From positions 256,001 to 320,000 of the forward strand of contig CAVWIP010000010.1 in NCBI GenBank assembly GCA_963755125.1: a stretch of DNA of 64,000 nt, written 5' to 3'. The stretch comes from an uncultured delta proteobacterium. GTDB lineage: Bacteria > Myxococcota_A > Polyangia > Fen-1088. Under the pieces are notes generated by a model. That model saw only the letters and a list, made by a program, of their open reading frames with translations, had not been told where the DNA came from and did no database searches. Shown here piece after piece: positions 42,601-50,020 of this stretch. Position 1 is the stretch's first letter. Every line of letters starts with the position of its first letter. Position numbers and translations under genes: made by a program.

Positions 42601-43017
42601 CATCGACCGCTCATCCCAGACGCTCCGGTGAGCCGAAAAGATGAAGGTGTGGTCGTCGGGACCGTGTCGTAACAGCAGGGCTTTCCACACTGTCGACTGC
42701 GGTGACAGATCCCGCCGCGCGGCTTCCGCCGCATCCGCTAGCGCCGCGTCGGTTCCAGGCGCTTCGCGGATCTCGATCGGTTGCTGCGGGGCCTCGTCGG
42801 CGAGAATCCGTGCGATGGCGCCGTCGACAGCCTGAAAACGGGTGCGCAGGGCCGCGTGCCGAAGAGAGACGTGCCGCAGAGCACGCACGAGCCGCTCTGA
42901 CTGCAGGGGGCCCCTGATGCCCACGGCCTTCGTGACGGTGTTGACGGCGGGCGTGGGGTGCAGTTGGCCCGACAGGTAGAACTGGGCCTCGACCGGCGAT
43001 GCCGGGACGTGTTTCAT
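36658..43017 (-). CDS. Hybrid NRPS-PKS: degenerate C - A(Gly) - T - KS - AT(malonyl) - ACP
   Basis: A: YTSGSTGRPKG; PCP: FFELGGTSL; KS: DPQ, TACST, HGTAT, GH; AT: PGQGSQ, GHSIGE, HAFHS; ACP: LGLDSLL; no KR/DH/TE motifs. Start 43017 or 43113. Confidence 0.93.
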   Translation of the reverse strand: MKHVPASPVEAQFYLSGQLHPTPAVNTVTKAVGIRGPLQSERLVRALRHVSLRHAALRTRFQAVDGAIARILADEAPQQPIEIREAPGTDAALADAAEAARRDLSPQSTVWKALLLRHGPDDHTFIFSAHRSVWDERSMDLFAAEVSQLYHADPADSGPSRASAIDAAPLYSGDAYEDLVVEGARHLAAGLADVPALHGFPLKTTRPRILSVDAASVEIAFEHATTRLLSEVGRPWGLDPFTLQSTAAAYVLAQYCGQQKLAIGMPFCLRPAHSEQVLLGSHTAMLPLGFAAAAPTFAALASSFAASYSAARPFAAIPFHAVVKQCAARTDPSANPLFQIACVEDRHLLLQFDGCDCRSRAVPVPPQHVDLFLQFAPDTLRLAYATEIIHDEMAASLGRSISAFLTAALREPQRDLSSLPVLAERERAALVIDVNRTDEPSFLNQDLYSIATRHCNPANHQNALVCNGRSLSYADLLRAVESVAARLSEAGVAEQDLVGICLPRSSDMVAAMLAVLRCGNAYVPLDPAFPRERLSYMVEHSRLAHVITSKALRPLCDCQDVRFIELDDGCQPAGRAPEPARPPVAAKAYVIYTSGSTGRPKGVAVSRGAVANFLLSMLRRPGIRHDDTLCSVTTLSFDIAVLELLAPLCAGATVVIATEEEARDPRLLAALLQAHPITLLQATPITWQMLCASGWSGDKALTALCGGEALAPALAQALAPRVRALWNMYGPTETTVWSTCHRIDDPHAAISVGTPIHNTYVYVLDDHRRPVPAGVEGQLFIGGAGVALGYLHDEQMTSKRFLADPFRAEGRMYDTGDRARFDHQGLLTIVGRSDSQVKLRGFRIELGEIETRLSSFAGIEQVVCIVRRDDPENPELVAYYVLKPAAPEPSVAELRQHCGAALPAYMIPSRFARLDALPLTPNGKVDRKTLPAPDGERPAAAARATPALPRSDVERALLDIWCSVLSTNTASVNDNFFELGGTSLAAFSVAQQITQRLGVELPVLRIFEHPTIAALAQFLRGSQADCKCVREAYQRAQTRRRAAASQTAFDVAIVGAAGRFPGARSLEQLWENLCEGRETVTFFRRDELDPLVPAHDRNDANYIPARGVLEDVDLFDAAFFGINPNEAELMDPQLRVFMEVAWEAFENAGHVGENIDGPVGVWAGMGNNFYYHYNVLTRPDKLAVMGEITAEIANEKDHIAPRVSHKLNLTGPSLSVHTACSTTLVVVENAYQALVSHQVDVALAGGVDIRTPQKSGQRYEEGGVFSIDGHCRPFDAAATGTMFGEGAGAIVLKRLDDALRDRDTIHAIIKGAAVNHDGGRKVSYLAPSVEGQARVIASALALGDVNPDTITYVEAHGTATPIGDPIEVESLTRVFRTFTQRRNYCALGSIKGNFGHATTAAGIAGVLKVVLALRHRKIPPTLHFTTPNPRIDFATSPFFVNTRLIDWEPRGIPRRASVSSFGFCGTNAHVVLQEAPASEPSSSPARPAQLVLLSARSPQALDQAAQRLSVALQGASQEELADAAFTTQVGRKRFEYRRCAVVRTAHDAQDVLSQASSPLSLLLKSESDSPPVAFMFPGQGSQYINMGLRLYQGEEPFREMVDRCAKALAPHLGCDLRAFLFPDPADAETATQSLNNTFYTQPAIFTVSYALASLLMHWGIEPSAFIGHSIGEFVAATLSGVMELDEALRLVATRGRLMQGLPAGSMLSVRLPVEKLAGRLPPGADLAAVNGPQLCVVAGPSETLHRLSDQLSADGAMCRMLHTSHAFHSSMMDPVVEPFLRTVESVRLSAPRIPFVSTVTGDWIAPSQVTDPSYWAGHLRSPVQFSKAVQVLLQDSQQVMVECGPRRTCVALAHQHRPANPSRVISCMPDSAEPDDEYTSVLLGLGALWLNGCTVDWRAFHDHEQRRRVALPGYPFQRKRYWIEPGNTARFGLEAASRSQPVAPAAPGPASNGEQEMGKRDEVMTALVALLEEALGAKIESFDEEAQFIALGLDSLLVTQLARMVRVRLDFAVTFRQLSERYSTPKLLADAIRAARAAAPGAPAVDSRTTRPVSAAGAAPASASAPARVPQAGDTSAAPAPSKGRVPGARLGHDEHGRPAWFAPDPNRPGKYLKVENHD

Positions 43018-43252
43018 GGGGATGAAACCTCTCGCGTTCCGGGCTGGCAGATGGTCAGCGACGTGGCTGGCTGACAGACCAACCTCGCGGACAGCGGCAG
43101 TGCCGCATCCCATCCCTGCCGATTGAGCCTGGCTTGGTCAACAAAACAACCAAGCCCGTACCCACTTGCCACACCACCGGCATCCAACAGGCAAATGACT
43201 TCACCGAACACGGTGCGACAAGTTACGCCAACCCTGTTGCGCCGGTCAAGTT

Positions 43253-43267
43253 TGGCCCGCCACTCGC
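43253..43267 (+). promoter_or_regulatory. Possible sigma54 promoter upstream of the GNAT gene
   Basis: TGGCCCGCCACTCGC has GG-N10-GC spacing but an imperfect -12 (TCGC). Confidence 0.35.
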
Positions 43268-43310
43268 GGGTGAGGGAAGTCGTTCATGCCAACCTGAGCC
43301 GGAAAGCTAG

Positions 43311-44603
43311 ATGACGGTCGGTGTTGGACATCCACGCGTTACTCTCGCAGGACTTCCCCTGCCGGGTGAAGTCGAGCGGGATTGGCGCGAGCTCGAGACT
43401 CGCAGCGATCGCTCCTTCTTCACCTCATGGTCCTGGATTGGTGCCTGGCTGAGTGCCCTGCCCTCCAACATACGTCCGGAGTTGCTGCGGGTGGAATCAC
43501 AGGGGCGCACCATTGCTCTCGGGGTACTGGTTCGTCGTTTCCTGCGGCGACACGGTGTCTTCTCGTCTCGGGCGCTGTTTCTGAACTCCACCGGCGACCC
43601 CCGCCTGGACGAGATCACCATCGAGTACAACGGCCTGCTGTGCGAGCGCGGATTCGAGCATGAGGCTGCGCAAGCTTGCATCGACTTCTTGCTCTCCCGG
43701 GACGATTGGGACGAATGGTTTCTTGATGGACTGCAAGACTCTGGGCTCTCTCGCCGCGTGCCGGCACGAGAGGTCGACTGGGCACTGAGCCGCCAGGCCA
43801 AGTGCCACCATGTGGATCTCGAGGTGCTGCGGCGTTCGGGCGGCGAGTATCTCGCCCTTTTGGGATCCAACACCCGCCACGCGATCCGCCGTAGCATTCG
43901 CGAATATGAAAAGCTCGGGCCGCTCGTCCTCGAAAACGCGGCCACCCCGGAACAGGCGGCTGCGTTTCTCTCTGGGCTCACGCAACTGCACCAAGCCTAT
44001 TGGCAGGCCAAGGGTCTGTCAGGGTCGTTTGCCAATCCATTCTTCGTGGAATTCCACGGGCGCCTGCTGCGCTCGCTTTTTGCCGAAGGCTCGATCCAAC
44101 TATTGCACCTGCGCGCCGGCAACCAAAGTGTCGGCTACCTTTACAACTTCGTCGACCGGGGACGAGTCTACAATTACCAGTCCGGCTTCAACTATGCGTT
44201 GTGCCCCCACTCACATGGCCATCCCGGATTGGTCGCACACTCCTACGCGGTGGAGTTCAATCGCACGCTCGGTCACCGGTTCTACGAGTTCATGGCCGGT
44301 GAGGGCCAGCACAAGCAGACTCTCGCGCTCGGCTCGACTGACATGGTCTGGCTGGTGGCCCGCCGCCCGCGTCTCAACTTCTTGCTGGAGGACTGCCTGC
44401 GCTGGGTTCGGGCGCGGACACTGCAGACCTTTTCGGAGGTGCGCAAGAAGCTTGGCACAGCGGCGGACGACGTCGCTAGACGCAAGCCCATCATGCCCTC
44501 AGACGTCAAGCTCCAGCCAATCACTGTGCCAAAGCAACCGGCAGGCGCGGTCGCAGGGACCATCGCTGCCCAGGATCCCGCCGGTGCAGTGCAGGCCTTC
44601 TAG
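43311..44603 (+). CDS. GNAT acyltransferase, CelD/BcsL (Acetyltransf_6) family
   Basis: W..LE...SFF.SW.WI..W, IEYN, YLALLGSNTR..IRRS, YNYQSG, PGLV, YEFMAG. Confidence 0.87.
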   Translation: MTVGVGHPRVTLAGLPLPGEVERDWRELETRSDRSFFTSWSWIGAWLSALPSNIRPELLRVESQGRTIALGVLVRRFLRRHGVFSSRALFLNSTGDPRLDEITIEYNGLLCERGFEHEAAQACIDFLLSRDDWDEWFLDGLQDSGLSRRVPAREVDWALSRQAKCHHVDLEVLRRSGGEYLALLGSNTRHAIRRSIREYEKLGPLVLENAATPEQAAAFLSGLTQLHQAYWQAKGLSGSFANPFFVEFHGRLLRSLFAEGSIQLLHLRAGNQSVGYLYNFVDRGRVYNYQSGFNYALCPHSHGHPGLVAHSYAVEFNRTLGHRFYEFMAGEGQHKQTLALGSTDMVWLVARRPRLNFLLEDCLRWVRARTLQTFSEVRKKLGTAADDVARRKPIMPSDVKLQPITVPKQPAGAVAGTIAAQDPAGAVQAF

Positions 44604-45320
44604 ACTGTAGATGGGGTGCGGAGGCTCTCGCCAGCGGCCGTATTCAAACACCTGCGACAGTTGTAGCACAATGCCAACGCGGGCCCCTGCGTAGCGGGCC
44701 ATCTCCGGCATGAACATGAGCCCCTCGCGCTGACCCAGCAGATCGAGTCGGCCGTGGATCTGCTGCAAGGACCGGATGCGCGCAAACCGCGCCTCTCCCC
44801 GGGCCGGGGCCAGGCCTTGCGGCTGTGGCTCGGCCGGATCGAGCCATTCGTCCCGGAACATCATGGGGCAGTGACGCCCACAACCAGTCCTGCCGTCGCC
44901 GGTGCAGTCGACACCAGCAAGCAGGACCGTGTGCGAGACGGGACGCATGTTTCCCTGGTCGTCGATCATGCGACGGACGTTCTTCATCACACAATAGACC
45001 TTCGAGCAGGTGGGCGGCCGCGCGGCGGTGAACTCGCTGCATCGCAGGCACGATCCGCCCTCCAGGACGTCCCGCACCCGCGCCTCGTCACGCACCCGGA
45101 CCCAGTCGCCTTCGGCAAACCGTGATGGGGCGCCCAGCGGGTCTTGGGGCGGGACGGCTGCGACGGGATGGAACAGGCAACGAATGCTGCTCTCGATGGC
45201 AAGACCTCGTCCCAGCCGCCCGCTGATACGCTCGCGCAGCGAATGTTGAGCAATGATGTTGAAACGCTGGCAGCGGCCAGTGAGATACGGCATCGGGGGT
45301 AGGGTCGGGGTGAAAAGCAT
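44499..45320 (-). CDS. Hypothetical protein with two tandem Cys-rich (SH3-like) domains
   Basis: Repeat 1 GDWVRVR...VLLAGVDCTG..GCGRHCPMMFRDEWL; repeat 2 ARIRS...LEGLHCTG...CDRACRLLWHSDWL. Start uncertain. Confidence 0.72.
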   Translation of the reverse strand: MLFTPTLPPMPYLTGRCQRFNIIAQHSLRERISGRLGRGLAIESSIRCLFHPVAAVPPQDPLGAPSRFAEGDWVRVRDEARVRDVLEGGSCLRCSEFTAARPPTCSKVYCVMKNVRRMIDDQGNMRPVSHTVLLAGVDCTGDGRTGCGRHCPMMFRDEWLDPAEPQPQGLAPARGEARFARIRSLQQIHGRLDLLGQREGLMFMPEMARYAGARVGIVLQLSQVFEYGRWREPPHPIYSLEGLHCTGGILGSDGPCDRACRLLWHSDWLELDV

Positions 45321-45376
45321 GCGCTCGTTCGAGCTTGGCTTGAGGTCGCAGGGAGATTCCGTCTGTCGCACCACGA

Positions 45377-46408
45377 TCAAGGGGTCTTGCCGCGACCGGA
45401 TTCGCGCGCCTTGCGCCAGACGAATCTCGCGTAGCCGCGCAATGAAGGTCTGTGCACGACAACCCAGAGATGCTCCCGCAAGCGATCCGTCCACTTGAGC
45501 TTCCACTCGGCGGCTTCTCCGAGAAAGTCGAAAAGCTTGAGCCCGCGCCGTTCCGCGTCCGCTGCGGTTTGCGCCACCATGAGATGCCCGGGACTGATTG
45601 AGGCGTACGCGGGATCGAAGCCGATCTTGGCGGCGTACAGCGTGTGGCCGTCTTCCATGGTGAAAAGGCAAGCGATGCGCTGCCCTGCGACCGTCACGAA
45701 GTTCAGACTCATGCTTCCGCGGGGGCCGAACACATCCAACAACGCGCGATAGAAGTAGGTCAGCCGCGCATCGCTGCCAATGCTCGTGCCTGCTCCGCCC
45801 TTCCAGGCCATGGCTTCGATGGCCAAGGCGTCGGCGAACTCCGCCGGCGACGGGGCGGTGAGGCGCTCAAAGGCCAGATCTCCGGCTTTGCGCGTGCAGC
45901 GACGGATATTGGTCCGGAACTTCGCGTCGAGCCGCTCCTCAAATCGGGGAAGCAAAAAATACGGCACGCCGTGGCTCGGGCTGGCCTTGATGAAGCAGCC
46001 CCAGCGACGGGCGAGCATGGGCAGTTCGGTTGCCAACGGCGACTCGGCCGGGATGTGGCCAAGCACGAAACGCTCCCAGCGGGGGTTCGCTCGCAACGCT
46101 TCCCAGATTGCCGAGAGCGCGCCCGAATCTCCCCAGAAGTCAAAACGGGGAGAATGTTCACTGCGCAGCGGGTGTAGGTCCGGGCCGTGCAACGTGACGG
46201 GCAGCACACCGGCCAGCCGGCCCGCCCGAACTGCCACGGCCAGATGAAACTCGCCGGCCGGGTCAGCAACGGCGCGTGTGAGATCGAAGAACTCGGGTTG
46301 AAGAAATGGCGGGGCGTCGGCAGAGAGACGCCGCCATTCTTTCCAGAGCTGACCGCCGTTTTGCGCAGCAGACGCAAACGGGATGCAAGTCGGCTTGTCC
46401 AGGGCCAT
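45377..46408 (-). CDS. Second GNAT acyltransferase, CelD/BcsL family
   Basis: EWRRL...PF, KFRTNIRR, AWKG..GT, KIGFDPAYASISPGHL, FDFLG...WKLKW. Start uncertain (46408-46585). Confidence 0.87.
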   Translation of the reverse strand: MALDKPTCIPFASAAQNGGQLWKEWRRLSADAPPFLQPEFFDLTRAVADPAGEFHLAVAVRAGRLAGVLPVTLHGPDLHPLRSEHSPRFDFWGDSGALSAIWEALRANPRWERFVLGHIPAESPLATELPMLARRWGCFIKASPSHGVPYFLLPRFEERLDAKFRTNIRRCTRKAGDLAFERLTAPSPAEFADALAIEAMAWKGGAGTSIGSDARLTYFYRALLDVFGPRGSMSLNFVTVAGQRIACLFTMEDGHTLYAAKIGFDPAYASISPGHLMVAQTAADAERRGLKLFDFLGEAAEWKLKWTDRLREHLWVVVHRPSLRGYARFVWRKARESGRGKTP

Positions 46409-46520
46409 AGCACGGTCGTCTGCAGACGGATCGCCTGTGCGGGGACGTGGGCTGATTGGTACCGCGCCAGTCATGTTGCCTTGGCCCAGCTTCACATCTG
46501 CGCTAGCGCCCGGGCGCGCC

Positions 46521-47681
46521 TCAATGGGCGGACTCCATTCTTCGACGTAAGGCCTGCTGATAGATTGCGAGCGTGCTGTCGGCAATCTTGTCCCAGCTCA
46601 GATATTCCTCCGCTCTCTTTCGCAGCCGCCGGGCGACATCGCTTCGCAATGCTTGGGAGCCCAGAACCTCCACAATCCGCTCCGCCAGTTGCTCGGCGTT
46701 GTCGTTGTCGACCCAGATCCCGCAGTCGCCAATGTGCTCGGGGATTGCCGCGTTCTTCGTCGCGATCACGGGCAATTCCGTGGCGGCGGCCGTGGCGGCG
46801 GCAAACCCCGCGAAGCCGCCCGAATAGGGCAACACGCAGATCAGGGAGGTCTGATACTGGCGGAAGATTTCCTGCTGGGTAATCTGGTTGAGCCAAACGA
46901 TGTCGTTCTGCACTCCGCATTCGCGCGCCAGTTGTTCCGCCTCTTCTGGCGTGTCAGACCCGAAATGGCCGTGCACCTTCAGCTTGGGAGCATGGGCCCC
47001 CATCCGCTCTTTCAGCAACGCCATGGCCTTGAAGAGCGTCGACAGGCCTTTGCCGCTCATGAGATGGTGCCCGCCGTAGAAAATGATCCCTTCGCGGGGC
47101 TGCTTTTCCTCCAGTGCCGGGAGTTCCGTTCCGTGGAGCACGACTGCGATCAAGCGCGCATCCACCCCCAGGTGGACGAGTTGGTCCCGCAAGGCGCTGT
47201 CGTGCACGATGATGGCATCGGCCTTGTTGTACGTCTGGTTGCGTTCGGGAGACTCAAGCTGGCGGCTGTCCAATTCGTGAACGGTTATCACCCGAGCAGC
47301 CCGCGACGGCTGATTGAGCCAGTGGAACACCACGTCGGATCCATAGGCGTTCAGGATCTGCTGGAAGTGCACCACCTCCGCCTCTTGCGACAGACTCCCG
47401 TATTTCCTGGCGCGGAAGTAGCAGAACAGACTCCTCACCCTCACCCGCAGCCAGCGCTTCCAGGGCCTGGTCGAGTGGTAGTCACTGATGTTGGGCATTT
47501 CAAAGTACTGGCACCCTTGAATCTGGAATCCCCGGTTCACTTCCGTGGGATTTCCGCACCCGCAGTTGGACCCCAGCCACTGTACCGCGCCGCCGGTCTT
47601 CCTTTCGATCGCCTGCTTGAGCGAGTCGACGTAGGCCCCGTAGGAAGTTTGGAAGGGACAAGAGATGATGGCCACCCGCAT
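46521..47681 (-). CDS. Glycosyltransferase family 4 (GT-B)
   Basis: ITVHE, ADAIIVH, KGL..L.KA, LPVIAT, LSWDKIA; GGAGG RBS before MRVAIIS. Confidence 0.85.
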   Translation of the reverse strand: MRVAIISCPFQTSYGAYVDSLKQAIERKTGGAVQWLGSNCGCGNPTEVNRGFQIQGCQYFEMPNISDYHSTRPWKRWLRVRVRSLFCYFRARKYGSLSQEAEVVHFQQILNAYGSDVVFHWLNQPSRAARVITVHELDSRQLESPERNQTYNKADAIIVHDSALRDQLVHLGVDARLIAVVLHGTELPALEEKQPREGIIFYGGHHLMSGKGLSTLFKAMALLKERMGAHAPKLKVHGHFGSDTPEEAEQLARECGVQNDIVWLNQITQQEIFRQYQTSLICVLPYSGGFAGFAAATAAATELPVIATKNAAIPEHIGDCGIWVDNDNAEQLAERIVEVLGSQALRSDVARRLRKRAEEYLSWDKIADSTLAIYQQALRRRMESAH

Positions 47682-47771
47682 GATGATCTTCCTCCCGCCA
47701 AAGTTCGTGTCAGGCAAGTCTGGTCAAGTCAAGCGCACAGAGTGGTGAATCGAAGAGCTGCTACAGCAGCG

Positions 47772-48497
47772 TCACACATCCATCAGCACCACGCCGAGAA
47801 CGCGTGAGCCCCCGGCCTGTTCCAGCGCCGCGGTCAGCGCGCGGCCACGGGTCTGGCGCGCCCGAGCGGCGATCACGATGCCGTCCGCTCCATCTTCCAG
47901 CAAGGGCATGTCCAGGCCGGTAAGGATCGACGACGTGTCGATGACCATGTAGCTGTAGGCAGCGCGCAGGCTGGCGAGGGCCGCCAGCAGGTTGGGCCCG
48001 TGCAAAAGCGGCCGAGGCTCGGACCGCGGCTGCACGGCAAGCACGTCGAGATCGTAGGGCGCGATCTGGGCCACCGTCCAGGGGCGCGTGGGCTCGCTTC
48101 GGTGCTGGCTAAGCTGGTCGAGGAAGCAGCCCGGCGGCAAGAAACCCAACAGCCCGGCCAGCGCCGGTCGTGCCGTGTTCGCCTCCAGCAACAGCACGCG
48201 GTTACGTCCCGACTCCGCCAGAGCCCAGGCCAGATTGAGCGCGCAGGTGGTCTTGCCCTCCCCATCCTGCGCGCTGGTCACGACGAGCACCTTGGGATCA
48301 CCCCGGTCAGCCAGCCGGTGGCGCAGAACCCGGAAACTGGCTGCGCGCGCCGACAAGGGGTTGTCAAAGATGGCCGCACGCGGGTCGGGTTCCGCCGCGG
48401 TTCTGACCCGCACGCGTTCCACCACCGCGGCTCTCACCGCTGGGTCGGGCCGGCTGGGATTGCTGTCGGAACCCACGGCCGATCGTGCTTCACTCAT
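47772..48497 (-). CDS. CpsD/CapB-type BY-kinase domain protein (degenerate, no Tyr cluster)
   Basis: FRVLRHRL, VVTSAQDGEGKTT Walker A, VLLLEAN, VIDT, LGVVL. Confidence 0.85.
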   Translation of the reverse strand: MSEARSAVGSDSNPSRPDPAVRAAVVERVRVRTAAEPDPRAAIFDNPLSARAASFRVLRHRLADRGDPKVLVVTSAQDGEGKTTCALNLAWALAESGRNRVLLLEANTARPALAGLLGFLPPGCFLDQLSQHRSEPTRPWTVAQIAPYDLDVLAVQPRSEPRPLLHGPNLLAALASLRAAYSYMVIDTSSILTGLDMPLLEDGADGIVIAARARQTRGRALTAALEQAGGSRVLGVVLMDV

Positions 48498-50020
48498 GGT
48501 GTCCTCCGGATCGGCTTGCTCGCGGGCGGCGCGGGCCGGCGTTTCCGGCGCGGCTCGCACGGCACCTCGGCCAGCAGCGGCGGCAGGCGAAGGCGCGTGA
48601 GATCGAAACCAGCGCGCAGGCGATCATCGAAGAACACCAGCAGCAACGACAGGCCGAAGGCCAGGGTCAAGGAGGCGCCCGCCCCCAGCGCGCCCAGCTT
48701 CAGACGGCTGCGGCGCTCCGCTCGGGCGGGCAGGAAGGCGGGGTCGACCACCACCAGCTCGCCGGTCTTGTCCTGCAGATCCAGCGTCGCCTCCAGCGAG
48801 GCCTGGAACTGCTTGCTCTGGATCACGGCCAGGCGATCCCGCGCCTCGGACACACGACGGTCCATCTCGGCAAGCTGGGTGCCCAGCTCGAGCAGGCGTT
48901 TGGGATCGTGTTCCAGCGCCTTGGCCCGCGCCTGCATGATCTGCTTCTCGATGAGGGACAGGCGCTGGCGCGTGGATGGATCGGTAACCGGCGCCGCTGC
49001 CTCGACCTCGGGAGTAGGCAGAGGCGGAGGCGCGACCGCGGCCTTTTTGGCCGCGAGGATGGCATCCTCGACCTTGCGCAGCCGATCGCGCGCGGCAACT
49101 GCCGCCTCGCTGGCCTGACGCACGTCGGGATACTCGGGGGTGAATTGCTTCTGCTTCTGCGCCAGGTCGCGCTGGGCTGCGATGAGGTCAGCCTGGGCCG
49201 CTTCCTTCTCGGCCAGCAAGGCGGCATCGACGAGAGCGGTCTCCGCCGCAGCTTCACGCTTCTCGGATTTCGATGGCTCGCTGCCCCGATCGCGCAGCCT
49301 CGTCGCCCGCGCCTCCAGCCGGGACACCAACCCGTCCTGCTGCTTGGGTTCGGAACTCACCGCGCGCAGGGGCGCACCGGGCGTCACCGGGCCGGTCCCC
49401 ATGGCCAGGGCCATCTCGGGATGCCGGGCGAGAAACTGCGTGAATTCCGCCTCGCGCGCTCGTAGCACCTCCTCGGCCCCGCGCTTCTGTGCGTCGAAGA
49501 ATTGCTGGGTCTTGACCGCATCCTGGGTGCGCCAGGTGCGATGCACGTCGAGCAACATCTCGGCTGCCCGCGCTGTGACCAACTGCGCCCGCTGGGGAGA
49601 TTCGTCCTCGAAGCTGATGCGAAAGGTGTCGCCGCCGCCCGAGTCGAACTTGAGGTGCTGCTTGCGCATGTCCTCGGCAGCGTCCAGAAGTCCGCTGCGC
49701 CTCACCTGATCGGGGTAGAGATGAAACTCCTTCACCAGACCGACGACTCGCTCGCGTGTGAGGAGCATCTCCTTCAGGCGCGCGGCGAGCTGGCGCGAGG
49801 GATCGCCCTCGGTCTGCGAGACGATGTTGGCGCCGGGCGAAGCCCGATAGACGAGCACGACCTCCGATCGGTACATGGGACGCACCACCCGCAGAACGCC
49901 CATGGTCGCCACCAGCCCCAGCAGCAGTCCCAGCCACAGCACGCGCGAATGCAGAGCGCGCCCGACCATGAGCAACGCGGTTCGCAACCCGAGCCAGCCA
50001 TTGTATGCTTCGCCTGTCAC
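48494..50020 (-). CDS. Polysaccharide co-polymerase / chain-length determinant (GumC/Wzc N-domain)
   Basis: TM, PMYRSE, coiled coil, TPEYPDV, VVDPAFLP, TM, FDDRL. Confidence 0.85.
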   Translation of the reverse strand: MTGEAYNGWLGLRTALLMVGRALHSRVLWLGLLLGLVATMGVLRVVRPMYRSEVVLVYRASPGANIVSQTEGDPSRQLAARLKEMLLTRERVVGLVKEFHLYPDQVRRSGLLDAAEDMRKQHLKFDSGGGDTFRISFEDESPQRAQLVTARAAEMLLDVHRTWRTQDAVKTQQFFDAQKRGAEEVLRAREAEFTQFLARHPEMALAMGTGPVTPGAPLRAVSSEPKQQDGLVSRLEARATRLRDRGSEPSKSEKREAAAETALVDAALLAEKEAAQADLIAAQRDLAQKQKQFTPEYPDVRQASEAAVAARDRLRKVEDAILAAKKAAVAPPPLPTPEVEAAAPVTDPSTRQRLSLIEKQIMQARAKALEHDPKRLLELGTQLAEMDRRVSEARDRLAVIQSKQFQASLEATLDLQDKTGELVVVDPAFLPARAERRSRLKLGALGAGASLTLAFGLSLLLVFFDDRLRAGFDLTRLRLPPLLAEVPCEPRRKRRPAPPASKPIRRTP

